From: Amoebidium appalachense
Lineage: Eukaryota; Protista; Ichthyosporea
Assembly (NCBI GenBank): GCA_963693365.1
Contig: CAVNZM010000004.1
Coordinates: 3,524,047-3,588,046 of the forward strand
Reading direction: 5' to 3'
DNA length: 64,000 bases
In this document: positions 39,061 to 64,000 of the stretch, piece by piece
Layout of the letters: each line of letters begins with the position of its first letter
Position numbering within the stretch: position 1 is the first letter of the stretch
Notes under the pieces: generated by a model
The model's input: only the letters and a program-made list of their open reading frames with translations
Databases searched by the model: none
Told to the model about the DNA's origin: nothing
Position numbers and translations under genes: made by a program

Positions 39061-39165
39061 CTGGGACCCAATCCCGGCAGCAAGGGAGAGCACGGGTTCG
39101 GCTGGCTCGTTTTTGCCAAGGAAATGGTCTGGCAGGGTGATTGGCTGTTCCAGATGGGTTGCTAA
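30834..39165 (+). CDS. Large, probably extracellular multidomain protein: EGF/cbEGF repeats, SdrD-B/Cna-B-like domain, Thr/Pro mucin stalk, Cys-containing C-terminal domain; frameshifted; 5' end uncertain (possibly from ~30195). Exons ~30834-30866, 31173-32130, 32743-32785, 33379-33452, 34251-34465, 34949-35402, 36038-36864, 37481-37646, 39061-39165
   Basis: Spliced EGFs: [18 protein letters not shown]; [12 protein letters not shown]|[24 protein letters not shown]; [12 protein letters not shown]...[22 protein letters not shown]; CKNGATC...CTCSR|LFTGWQCE; [39 protein letters not shown]. Also GVKLLRL...[20 protein letters not shown]. Splice phases are consistent. Frameshifts at 31877-31904, ~32000 and ~36490-36600 mean it may be a pseudogene or contain assembly errors. 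Confidence 0.75.
34453..34860 (+). repeat. Three degenerate tandem units in an intron, each copying the exon end and 5' splice site
   Basis: gctcacgagtac at ~34458, ~34571 and ~34739, each followed by poly-C and a cacaa(t/c)cag-type motif (~34530, ~34698, ~34842). Confidence 0.7.
37658..37783 (+). repeat. ~41-bp direct duplication separated by poly-C
   Basis: atagaaatagtagtgcatgaacttcttcagctcaagttgcc occurs twice. Confidence 0.9.
38035..38202 (+). repeat. 24-bp minisatellite x7 (intronic)
   Basis: gcatggcataat(g/c)tgtatatgcac repeated head-to-tail with no spacers. Confidence 0.92.
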
Positions 39166-39651
39166 TGAATTATTAATTAGCCTAATTATGCTATAGCTAG
39201 TCATCATATCTTGTCATCCTGCCTGCCAAAGTTTTCATTGTTTTTATAGTAGAGTCTCAAGTACACGGACGTGTGTCATCTTATAGGATTCTTTTTGATA
39301 ATATGATGCATGTTGCAAATTTCCGGGCAGATATTTAGTTTTATGTTGCTACCCTTGTCGATCATCGGATCTGGATGTTACCCTTTGCAAATGTGTAAAA
39401 AAAAAAAATCATTCGAGTTATAACTCGCACATATCATGGCTTTCCGTCAATATTTTGTTTTCTTATCTGTTAATTCTACATCATTTTTTGCATATATGAA
39501 TATGTGCTTTACAACGCTGTTTTTTTTAAATATATATAGTTTTTCTTAATAAAACATGAATGTGCGTACATCTCTACTCTTTTTGTTACTTCCCCCTCCC
39601 CTGTGATTCGGAGCTTAACAAGATCCCCCCCCCCCCCCCCCCCCCCCCCCC

Positions 39652-39694
<43 letters not shown>

Positions 39695-40326
39695 ACCCAC
39701 CCACCCATCCCCCCGCACCCGCCCCCACACACCATCACCACACGCACACACATGCGCGCGCGCACGCACGCGCACACACGCACACGCACGCACACATACA
39801 CAAACGCAAAAACACACGTACCTTGTTCTCCCACTTTAACCCTCCTTGAAATTGTTGGTATCATTCCAACATCGTATCCCTTTTTGGGCCAGTGCATTAC
39901 ATTCCTAAAAACACATGAACGAGGACATGAAGAAGTAATGAAACTTCCGATTGAATATACCTACTTATTTGAATGCCAATAGCGCAGCATAAATAAGTCA
40001 AAACTTAGTATTACTAAGTGCCTTCTCTTATTAAACCCTTATGGCAGGGGCGTGGATGGTGGGGTGGGTGGGGGGGGGGGGGGGGGGGGGGGGGGATTCA
40101 CAGGAAATATTTGCACCGGGATATGTTTGCACTAGGTCGTCTCCCTAGACTAAATAGAAAAAGGTGCACCAGAATGGAGATCTGCCTACTAGTGCTCAGC
40201 TCTGGTTTTCTGGATCTTTTTTTTGGCCTGTTTAGGTTGTTGTGTTTCTCTGCAGGATTTCAATTATATGCTGAATGTTGCTTAACGTCAGCCGACTCCA
40301 GCTTCCAATCGCACATCAAATGCCCT

Positions 40327-40357
<31 letters not shown>

Positions 40358-40846
40358 TGCATACTTCAATGTTTGCATTTGCATGTGTCCTACACCATGC
40401 TTCTCATTGTGTATGTGTACTTCGTACCGTGTTTTGCATTCAACCCCCTCCCCCCCCCCCCCCCCCCCCCCTCCCCCCCTCGTTTACGCTGTAACGGGGG
40501 TTTAGGGGGAATCCCAAAGCATACCAGAAGCTCAACAAAACAGCCATTATAAACGTGTTATTTATACTTATATACTAATATGACCAATATTAATGAGTAC
40601 GAAATCACCCAAAAGGCGACGGGGGGATACAAAGGCGGGAAAAGCCGGATTGCAAGGGGATCCGGTAAATGAAAGGGGAGGGGGGGGGGGGGGGGGGGGG
40701 GGGGAGGACTGGAGGGGTGTAGAGGACTGGGTGGGTGTGTGTGTGGGGGGGAGGGGGGCGTGTGTGTGTGTTTGGGACTCGGGTGTGTGTGTGTGGGGGA
40801 GGGGGGGGGGGGTTGGAGGGAGTTGGGGGGTCGGGGGGGGGAGTTT

Positions 40847-40889
<43 letters not shown>

Positions 40890-42087
40890 AGGGGGGTTGA
40901 GTTACAAAGAATATGTGCAAAATCCCATAATTTTATAACGGAATGCGAAAGGAGCCCTGCGTGCATGCAAAAGCGACCGTGAGAATCACACATAGGATAA
41001 GCAGAGTCATTCTTCTTGCAGCTGCGCGGGGGGGATGCCCTGGGGAGGAGGGGGGGGGGGGGGAGGGGGGGGGGAGGGGGGAAGGGGGGGGGGGAGAGGG
41101 GGGGGAGGGGGAGAGGGGGGAGGGGAGGAGGGGAAGGGGAGGGGGGGTAAGTCATCTGAGCTAGTTATTTCAGTACGGAGGGGGTGGAGGGGGCGGGAGA
41201 CGGGGAAGCTGTTTGTGCCAGTCACTGTACTCTATGCATTGATAAAATACTTAACACAACACCATTAATTTCGCATATATTTCATATTTTTATAATATGA
41301 TGAAAAGAAAAGAAAAAATTGCGCACCAAAACTTCCCGCACAAATACCTACATTTGGCTAATTGTTGGGATCACGCGCGCGAATTATTGGTGTGTACAAA
41401 AAATTTGAGATTGTGATTCTCCTTCTTTTATTGTTCTATAACGGAATTTGATGAATCTCCTCAACAAACGAGCTCTTTATTTCAGTGTTGGAGATCTTAG
41501 GCTGGCTTGAGTTCTGAATCAGCATTTTATAAAGCTCAAATAAACATTCGATGGTTTGATATCTTATCGAAGATCATTTTTTTACATGGCTCCTGGGTGA
41601 ACAACCAGTTTATATTTCCTACATCTATTGATTTGTTTCAGAGGGCTGATTACATATTATATCACTTATGCTCATGCCCATATATGTGGGTGGACTTAAC
41701 CTACGTATATATACATCAACCATAATTATGATGTACTTCAATACGTTACAGTACGATTTACGTTACAGGAAGGTCTAGCTACACCTTTCATCTTTCATCC
41801 ACAGAAGATACATTACATTACACCATTTTGCAAGCAAAATCAACTTCGGAATTTTTAATCCACAAAAAAAAAAATGAATGAAAACAAACTGAACATACAT
41901 CATTCGTGTGTCACGTGTGCCCCCCCCCCCCCCATCTACGTCTACAATCACCACTACCACAACACATCCCCATAGCACATCTCATTCTTTCGCTCCAATT
42001 TAACCATATATGGAAATTCAAATGCGGGTGATCAGACTCAAGTTACATTATACGACTTGGAGAAATAGAGATGAATAAACTAAAGAT

Positions 42088-43573
42088 TTAAGGAAATGTG
42101 GGTGAATAAATAGCCTGGGATTCAGTCTCAGCTAATACCCTCTGCACCGTCTCTGGCTCCAACTCAGGCACATGTACAGGTCGTCCTCCTGCCGCCGACA
42201 CGTTGAACCTCTTCGAATACGAACCCGTAGGAATAACCCCGTGCACATAACCCCTTTCGGACCGGGTGTTCCAGGGCTCAGTTTCACGTGAGTGAAGAAA
42301 CCGAAGCTCACTATGCGGGAGGTATTCGTAAGATGAGTATTGGCGCTCCCCGATCGCCGAAAGGTACATGTTTCCCCTCTCCCCTTGGCTGCGACCATAA
42401 TCACCCAGATAGTTGTCAGGGGATGAATTCCGCTGGTACATTGGCCTACGGGAGTGCCTTCGCTCAATTTCCGATTCGGGCCGGCTGCGGTGATGGTGGG
42501 CCGGGCTAATATCGTACGGACGTGTGCTGTCTATAGAGTGACGGTGACTGAAGGAATGGGTGGCCCCGATCTTCGAAGAGTGGAGGGGCAAAGCAGGACC
42601 CGAGTTGCCCCAGCCCGATTCGACATGGTGGCCGGATTCGGTCCGATGGTGGGTTCTGACCCACGAGACGATTTCCGATTCGCTCCTAATACCGTGACCG
42701 TGTGTTGGCTGTCTGCTGGTGTTTACGGGACTGCCAGACATCCACGACGTCGTTGATCGCAAGTAATCGGATCTCCGATTCGTGAGATCTTCATAAGAAC
42801 CCATAGAGGCTGGAGACTGATTAGAGAAAACCTCGCTGAACCGGCGGGCCTCGTCTTCGACGTCGAGAAGTGAAGGAACGGGGCCGGACATTGAGCGAAC
42901 CGTTTGTACGTTAGACGAGGAGTCACCCAAAACACTGGTGTTTCCGGTGGTGGCGGTAGTCAGAAGGTGCACGATTTGTGCGGTTGTGGTTGCAATGTTC
43001 ATGTTGCAGTCCATTGAAAAATCGGAATCATTCAGGGGAATACCAAAATCACGCACCGAGTCGTTGGAGTGAAACCCGTATTTGGAAGGAGACGAGAAAG
43101 AGGAGACCGGGAAATTCAGCTGGGAGTTGGATGTGATGGAGTGAGAGGAGAGCTCGGGCATGGAGGAGGCGAGCGTCAGTGGGCGGAGGGGAGATTTTGG
43201 TAGTTCGTCTATGTTTGCGTCTCGTGCTACATTCGGCAAAGGGCTGGCATTTTCGCCCTCAGCACCAGACTCGCTCCGCCAGCTTAAAACGTCGTGGTCT
43301 TGCGTGCGGCCAGGCCCACCGAGTGACTTGCTGGATGTGTTTGTGTTTGGGTTTTGCGCCGAAGAGGTACGTGAAGGGGATTGACGGGCGCTGGGTGCGG
43401 GCACGAGCTTGATGTCTAGTTGACTGGCCAGAAGTTCAAGTGCGTCAACGAGACCCTCGTTTAGCTGCCCACAGTGGTAGAGGGAAAGAAATTCACGGAT
43501 GTACTCCTGCTTGCGGCGCTTCTGATCGTGTGTCATACGGTAGTGGGCCTGAAGACTGCGCCATGCCTCATAC

Positions 43574-43662
<89 letters not shown>

Positions 43663-44271
43663 TGTGTGTGTGTGTAGTTGGTCCAGGAGGAAATGATAGG
43701 GGAACAAGGGCGGGGTCGTCAGCACACCTTTCTGAGTTGTACTACAAATGGCATATCCAAAGTACGACACCCGAATATAAGTCGAGTGAGGCCGCATGCA
43801 ATTTGGGAGTGTTATGTGCGTCGAAAAAACATCACAGATGATATGGCCGCAAGCATTGGTTCCATGCATGGCCGTGTAGCAGTTAGTAATGCACTATCGA
43901 GTTTCAGAGCACACAATCCATAATGTGTAATACAACATGCTTCTGAATGAGAACATTGCTTATGAAGTAAAACCCAGACCAAAAATTTACCTGTGCGTGC
44001 AGTCAGTTTCCAAGCACGGGAATGCCCGAATCAACTCCCGTTTGCACCGCCGCCTGTAATTGCCGGCCGTGGGCCCAGCTGGTCCCTTACTTGTTGCACT
44101 GCCAGTATCTGAGGGGGCATCCTCCTCTTCCCTACTCTGCTGCTCGAAAACGGTATCCATTGCTTCCTTATTTTCGTGTGTGTTTTTGAGTGCCATTGGT
44201 TGAGTGGAACTGTTTGGTGCGCCGGGCAAGTGCTCGTGCTTGGGAGAAATGTGGGCTATTTCAGCGCTCAT
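42088..44271 (-). CDS. Single C2H2 zinc finger protein (Con7-like basic region + finger) with long Ser/His/Arg-rich disordered tail. Exons 44271-43991, 43573-42088
   Basis: NYRRRCKRELIRAFPCLETDCTHR|YEAWRSLQAHYRMTH across a phase-2 GTAA...(CA)n-aacag intron, followed by a ~1.5-kb open exon. ATTGG boxes upstream at ~44633 and ~44668. Confidence 0.82.
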
Positions 44272-46417
44272 TATTATTTTCTCCAATGAGTCAGCGAGAA
44301 AACAAGGCAAGAACACTTGGACTGATCAAGAAGTGCAAGTGTGTAAGCTGTGCTTATGGGTTCATGTCTAGCCGGAAGTATTAATGTTATTGGCTAGAAA
44401 AGCACACGTGCGTTTTGCTCGGAGCCAGCTATGTTCTTCCCTCCGCTACAGTGAGTCGGGCTGTAATATCGACATGAAATTTTTCGAGATGAAAAACAAG
44501 ACCTCTATACTTGGGTAACAGGGATATACAAAAGTATGACCTAATGGTGCCACAGTATGTCGAGCAAGATCTGGAGCAGTGCAGATGGTTGCGACTAGTT
44601 TATATAGGAGGCTTCAAGCTTGCATACGCCTGATTGGTGCAGAGCAATTGTGCCGGAGGACATTATGATTGGTCGTTGACAGATTCTAAAGCCCCACTGG
44701 TGCGCAGAAGAAATTTAGCAAGAAAATCTAGGAACCGTATCTCAAAATGAGTTTGTAGTTGCGCTTGGCCATTACCGCCATTAAGAGGGTTCTTAAGGCC
44801 GCGTCCATGACCATACAAGGAGAGTTGTAGTAATTATATATTATTTTGGGCAGTATTTGGATCTGCGGCTAATATTACATACCTTCACACTCTATGCGGA
44901 GATTGTGGATTCATACACAAGTACACATGCATATGCATTTGCATATGCGGGTACATGTACGGATATCCATGCACGTGTACACGTGAACGCGTGCACGTAT
45001 ATATATTTGCACGTGTGTACATTTATGCAGGCATTATATGCATGCAAAGAAAAAGAAGTATGCTCGATCAGACCTTATTACTAATTTTTTTCTAAATTGG
45101 TTTTATAAGGGCGCACCGTAGCCGAGCGTAGCGCGCCATGCAATTATTTGAGATTTTGCACGTTATGTATTTCCCCGAGATCAAAAGTCCCCCTAAAGTC
45201 TTTTGCTCGCTGGGGAGCAAACTAGCTGTGATTCGCTGACTTATCCGCCAATAGTTTTCTACGGTATCTGACGGCTGCCCTCAAGAATCTGATCTGCCTG
45301 TATGGCACAAGTTTGAACTTTTTTGCGTGCCATTCGACTCCATTGGTTATGATTGATATCGACAGAGCATTCAAAAAAATCACTAAAGGCCCCTGCGCAG
45401 GTCAGAGATTCGTTGCCTGTAGCGGGCCATGGTTCGTGGGTACTCGTCAGGGTCTTCAAGTTCTAATATAGTTGGAGAATAGGGTTTGCCAACGTTCATT
45501 GCATCATATGTGCATCCATCTGTCCTAGAAGCTGGCTCATTAGTAAGGAGTTTAGAGTCCTGCAGCGGGCACTCAGAGCACTAATTGCTTACCCATGGCA
45601 TAATAAATTCAGACATAGCGCGAGATGCTGCAACAGCTCTGTCTAAATACCATGCGAGGACGAGAAGAGTACGCAGCTATGCGTATGTATTATGTAACAG
45701 TGTACGGTATGCGCCTCAAATCGCCCACATGCATTCCTGTACGAACCCACCCTGCATATGTATGCATACATACATACGTGTGCTACGACCAGGGAAAAGT
45801 ATTTTTAAACAGGTTTTTTGTTTGTTTGTTTGTTATTTTTTGGCACTTATGCAGGTATATCAAGAGGTCCCGTCTAAATACACGTGGGTGGATGTTGCCA
45901 AAACACAGTATGTTGCCGAGTCGCGCCGGAGGCGGCCGGTCCTCATAGGGCGGAAAGGTGGAAGGGGGGGTCGGGCCGACATCGCTGCTGTGCAAAGCAA
46001 ACTTGTTAGGATCACCAATCAGAATCAAATAAACAATTATTTAGGTGGGCCAATCAAATCGTTGCTCCAATCAACATTCCTGAGTCTTGGCTGGGTCCGT
46101 GGACCGTGAACGGTCTCGCCATGAATCGAGTACCGTATGGCATACATACCTAGAGTTTTTTCGATACATGTAACCATAAGGAACGCCTTTTGTGTTCAGT
46201 TTCTCTCCTTTCAAGAGTGAACATTATGTAAATATCCGTTTTCTTTGGTTTCAAAACGACCTTTGGGGTACGTATACGTATACTTGAGACTGAGACATAC
46301 GTACCTCCCCACATGTTTCATGCATATATCACGTGCAGATATCCACACATCGGATGTCGAAGTGCACCATGGTGTGCAACAGGATGCTGCTCTCCCCTCC
46401 CCCTCCCCCCGGGAACG

Positions 46418-46453
<36 letters not shown>

Positions 46454-46630
46454 CCCCCCCCGGGGGGGCGGGGAAGGGGGGGCCGGCGGGGGGCCGGGGG
46501 GCCGGGGAGGGTACGTACTACTACCATTTGCATCGGGAGTTTTAAATTATCTTGCTGATCCCCACAACCCAAAGCCTTTCGGCCCTCCCCCCCCCCACAC
46601 ACACACACGCACACACGCATACACACACCG

Positions 46631-46664
<34 letters not shown>

Positions 46665-47080
46665 GCCCCCTCCCCTCCCCACCCCCCCCAACCCCCGGAG
46701 ATCTGCCCTCAGTCGTCTGTCCACTAGATCTCCTACTATGGTTCAGTCCACTGCAGACAGCACCTACACATTATGATAGCTAGGTTAGGCAGCCGGAATT
46801 GAAAAAATTAATAATTTTGCTGAACCTCTGAGCATGAATACTTGAATTTGGTATACGGTATACCATATTATAATATGCTGTTCTCCCCCATGCACCGGGT
46901 CCCTCCCCCTCTCCCCGCCGGCGGCCCCCCGCCTCGGATCCGGAGTCCCCCTCCATCCCACGCACACACACCAAGACCTCTTTAATATCAATAGTGTGTT
47001 ATTTAAAAGGCCTTACACGCACACACACACAGTGTGTCACAACGTTGACGGAAAGCCTTAGGGAAAAGAACTCACACACG

Positions 47081-47232
<152 letters not shown>

Positions 47233-47399
47233 GAAGGTCTTAGCTACTTCCTCTAGCTAGATCTTTGCGGATGCATGATCACGCCGGTATACGCCGGTGT
47301 GTACAGTACTAGTACGTACAGGGCCTGACTACTATGTAGGCGAATTCGCAATTCTTCTTATAAAAAAATGTCTCTAACCGTTGGTAATATGTACGGTAA

Positions 47400-47856
47400 C
47401 CGTTGGCACACTTGATACTGGCACTACGCAGAGTGCCTCATCATGAGGCACATGTTCTGCATTCGTGTATGGTGCAGCAGCAGCACGTACGCGTGCAGCA
47501 TGTGTTCAATTTTTCGAATCTTATTGTACTTCAGTTTTGGATCAAAGCTATGAAAATGGATCGTGAGTTCCATGCATACCTTTATAAATAATGCCAATGT
47601 TGCCAAACCCCGCCTGTACCTACAATGATGCCACTTACAAGATTCATACAATAAAAACAAATAATTATGATCATTGGACAAAAATCGATGTCTGAGTCAT
47701 ACTGACTTAGTCTCCTGTTACTTAGTCAGGAAGCAACTGTTTCGACCTTCAAGTTTCTCAAGACTTTTCACGCCAACAAACAGTCAATTTGAAATTTGCT
47801 GTTCAACACCCCCCCTCCCCCCCTCCCCCCCCCCCCCCCCCCTTCCCCCTCCCCCC

Positions 47857-47887
<31 letters not shown>

Positions 47888-48064
47888 AAAAAAAAAAAAA
47901 CTTTGAAACTCAGACCCCCCCTCCCCCCCCTCCCCCCGCCCCTGTGCCTCTCCAACCCCACCACCATTGAAGTGGGCCTATGAACACTCCCATTGTCAAC
48001 ATATTGTTTGTACGTGTGTCCGACCGTGAGCATCCACGTGATCCCATTGGCGGCCAGCGTGTTA
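47400..48064 (-). pseudogene. Possible piggyBac transposase relic with a candidate terminus
   Basis: Minus-strand ...IHFHSFDPKLKYNKIRKIEHML...QNMCL/DEAL resembles the piggyBac stretch 'LHF...KIRP..D.L...QNxCIDE'. TTAA followed by cacgctggccgcc (minus strand) at ~48064 could be a terminus. Heavily degenerate. Confidence 0.3.
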
Positions 48065-48395
48065 ATTTTAAGAAAAAATTATGTTTACCCCAGGACGGTC
48101 ACCGGTTGCTTAGTTAAATAACATATGTTTTGTAAGTCAAGTTGAGAAGTTGATATGGAGAATTGGATGTGTTTTTTGATTTGCATGCACATGGTATGTA
48201 TGTACCATTGTGTGTATATACATACGTAGCCACATGATAAGTCTTACACTGCGACACATAATTAACAAAGGAAGCTTGTTTTTTTTGTCTTAAGCAGAAC
48301 TGTTCTGCTTTGCACACCTTCTGTGTGTATGTACATGTATATGTGTGTGGGTGTGGGTGTGGGTGTGTCTCTCTCTCTCTCTCTCTTTTTTTTTT

Positions 48396-48426
<31 letters not shown>

Positions 48427-48519
48427 GGGGGGGGGGGAGGGGGGGCTCACAGTGTATTCACACACACACACACACACGCCGCACGCACGCGCACACACAG
48501 ATGCACGCACGCACACACG

Positions 48520-48585
<66 letters not shown>

Positions 48586-48966
48586 CGCACCGACAAGCGC
48601 AAATGCACCAGTGTACTTTATTCGTATATAAATTTGCCAGTCCACTGGACAGTTACATTGGGCAATTTGTTTCACAATTGCTGCAACTTTGATATTTCGT
48701 CGCCTGGTTGTGATAAACCTTTTGCCGTGGGTCTTCACCCCATCTCTTAAACGAAGCTGGTTGCACAAAATTGAATGTTACATTGTGAGTAGAAATCTCG
48801 AAAAAAAAAAAAAAGAAAAAAAAAGAGAGAAAGAAAAAAAGGTGGGGAAGGAAAAAAGAAGAAGAAAAAACCCTCTGGAGATGTTTCAAACGCCGAGGTT
48901 TAGTGCGGGGGTGTGCACCCATGGTATCATAATTATTATTTCTGTTTCATTATTTGATTTATTTTA

Positions 48967-49006
<40 letters not shown>

Positions 49007-49226
49007 CTTTTTTTTTTTTTGGGGGGGGGGGGGGGTAAGTTTTTGTATTCAGGAATTGGAATAATCTATTGGGGAAGGGGAGGAAAAGGCACGGGAGGGG
49101 CGGGGGAGAGGGGGGGGGGAGGGGGGCCACAAGGTTGTAAAACATGCCCTTCAATATACCAAAACAGTCAATCTGTCACGCCTCATAGACAAAACACATA
49201 GCAAACACAACCATCCTTCTAATATA

Positions 49227-58392
<9,166 letters not shown>

Positions 58393-60502
58393 TCTCCCTG
58401 TTTGTCAGTCAAGTTGGGTTAGTTCTAGTTGCATGTGTGTGTGTGTATCTGCAGGGGGGAGGGGGTGGGGGGGGGGGGGGGGGAGGGGGGGTTGTGACAA
58501 AGAGAGGGATTGCTAAAGATATTGGTAAGAAGATAAACTTTGGGGGACTCAAAGAACAGAATGTAGGTGCTGGCTTCAGCCTCTTTGTGGTATCATGAGC
58601 GCTTGTCACTGTGGTGTTCTTTTCTGCCTGTGACTGTGTTTGAGTGTGTGCGTTGCATTGAACGGACGAAGTTTTGGGAACCACTTGAATCGTAAAAAAA
58701 CATAGGTAGCGCATTCGTCTTTAAAAAGCGTCTGGAAGATCCAAGCATACATACAGCTGTGGGTCTTGGATCTTTATTCCAACTTTAGTGAATATCTCCA
58801 ATGCCCTGCCCGCATGAGCTGCCCGTACTCCCATCTTTTTAAATAGCAGCCCCCTCCTACACCCTTCCCCCCCACCTCCCAAGTAAACACACACAAAACA
58901 AACCATGATTCAAGCAACCCCACTTCCTCCTCCCGGTCATTTTCTCCCTCTCTCGTTCTTTCTTTCTTTCGCTCTTTCGCTCTCAGTCTTTTCAAAACAG
59001 ATTTGTCCCCCAAGCACTTCAACCGCTCCCCCTCCCTGCCTGAGTTATCCCCAATTCCTTTCACGCAGGGTAAAGCTCGTTAACTTTCTCTCCTCCCCGA
59101 GGCCACATCTACCTTCAATACTTTTTTGTTTTTCCCCTATCCGTCACTTTCGTCACCTTCAGTTTCCCTCTCACCCACGACCACCCTCCCCTCCAGCTTG
59201 AAGTCGACACACACACATGCACAGTCGCACACACACACACACAAACATTGGGGGGAGGTTGGGGGGGGAGGGGGAGGGGGGAGGGGAAGGGCTCCTGCAG
59301 TGAGGGATTGTTAACTGGTCTTTCTACTCGCTGGCTACATACTAGTACATGCCTACTCGCATCCGCAAAGCGCTATAGCTACAGTGTAGCCTGTTGTTTG
59401 TTTTTTTGAGCCGAGTAACGATCGTAATTGGGGATTCTCACTCAGCGCAGAATATGCAATATATGAACAATTTTTTATTTATTTATTTTTATTTCCCCTT
59501 TAATATCCCCCTTCTAAATTTATTAAACAGAGCAGTAAAACCCCTATTACTGTATGTTTTGTAATCTGTGAAAACTGCGGTTTGAATTCCGGACGTAGCA
59601 TGTACTTAGAAATTGCCATATTTGGTCGATGCATTCCTGCATATTTTTCTTTTATCCCGTATCGTATGCACGTATCACGCACGGGCATCGCGGCTGCCTT
59701 CTTATTGTGTTGTCGAAAGTTATGTTCATTCACATTAAAACAGCACTTCAAAACAAGAAAACTTACTATTACCCATTGTATATACACATGTGCAGTCTGA
59801 GCACGGTCAATAAAAAGATTAGGCTTTGGCAAACTCTGTTCTTGTCGCCGCAAAATGGCCCACAATCACTCTTGTTCTGTCATTTGTTTGTGCAGGCTAG
59901 AGCCCTTTTGATTGGCGAGAAAAGGTTTGCTCCATACCAATGTATAAAATATTCGAACGCTAATCTGCAGTGCTTTCTCCGAAAATAGCACCCTCGCTAG
60001 AATGAATGAACTCACTATTTACTTCTGAAGGTACTGAGTGTGTGTTTCTCATTAGCTTTAAATACTCCCGGCGTTTTGTCCACAAGAAATTTTCCTTTAC
60101 ACCATAGCCTCATTTATAAACTCATCGTTGCAAACACTGAATTCACAAGCTTATTAATTTAACCTGATGACACATCATTACCAGAGGACATACACACAAA
60201 GAAGAAGTCGATTCACGCTAATACGTGCACTCTTTTCGAAGATTTCAACATCAACGCAACACGCATGGACCACTGGGAGACATCAATGGGCAATAGCACA
60301 CACCGGACACATCAAACACACTACCATCCACACGCAGTCACTCAACCAGACATAAACACACGCACAAACATACCGTGACACCCAGAAGCCCACACGCACA
60401 CACACACGCACATCATGCACACACACTGACACACGTACACACACACACAGGCAGACAGATACAGGCACACACACCCATACCCACACTCAGACACAAGTGC
60501 GA

Positions 60503-60535
<33 letters not shown>

Positions 60536-60641
60536 AAACACACACAGAAACGCACACGCACACACATACACACAACTCGTCTCCACAACCATAACCCTTA
60601 CTGCGAATTTACACCCATCGACTACGACACAAACAGCCACT

Positions 60642-63646
<3,005 letters not shown>

Positions 63647-64000
63647 GTACCACCCCTCCCCCTCCCCCCCTCCACCTCCCCCCCCCCCCCCCCCCCCTCT
63701 CCCCTTTCCCCCCACCCCCAGACACCCACCCACCCACCCCACTGCACCCGGCCCTTTCTCTCCCACCAACCCCATACCTTCCCTTCTTTGTTTGATCTCC
63801 CCCTCTCCCCATCCTCATCACAGAACACAAATACAGCAGCTGGTCATGCCCTGGTGTAGGGGTAGTATTCGTCTCTCTTTTCCTTGTTTTTGGGAAGTAT
63901 GTGTTGTCTTTAAGACAGCAGCCCCCCCCCCCTCCCCCCACTCCCCGGCTCCCCGGGGAAGGGGGGGCGGGGGGAAGGAGAAAAGAAAAACTCTCGATCC

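Noticed and set aside
45585-46109. 174-aa plus-strand ORF
   Set aside because: Non-ATG start, no recognisable domain or consistent exon structure, and composition like intergenic DNA.

Overview
Eukaryotic, intron-rich genomic DNA. Introns and intergenic spacers are packed with poly-G/poly-C runs and (CA)n/(GT)n/(CT)n microsatellites, and these generate almost all of the six-frame ORFs (HTHT, VCVC, PPP, GGG), which are spurious. Manual splicing supports nine protein-coding genes: (1) a disordered protein with PIP-like, KEN and D-box motifs (minus strand, runs off the left edge); (2) a COQ11-like NAD(P)-binding SDR; (3) a divergent CBP4/UQCC3-like complex III assembly factor; (4) a KHA-like domain fused to a single C2H2 zinc finger; (5) an intronless GDT1/TMEM165 transporter; (6) a large, frameshifted, probably extracellular EGF/cbEGF + SdrD-B/Cna-B-like + mucin protein; (7) a second C2H2 finger protein; (8) a GH27 alpha-galactosidase; (9) an RGS + C1 domain protein (runs off the right edge). 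Mobile DNA includes two copies of a TTAA-flanked piggyBac-like MITE, a LINE 3' fragment plus a 107-bp truncated copy with a 10-bp TSD, possible piggyBac transposase relics, and an orphan serpin C-terminal fragment. Fungal-type genes (COQ11, CBP4, Con7-like finger) alongside cbEGF and RGS/C1 proteins suggest a unicellular opisthokont such as an ichthyosporean; this is inference only. The most unusual signals are 3' splice sites in which long (CA)n arrays run directly into the AG, the GT/G versus C/CA polarity inside some introns, and the chimeric EGF/bacterial-adhesin-like gene. No CRISPR array, rRNA or tRNA was seen. All domain calls come from motif recognition by eye, not database searches.
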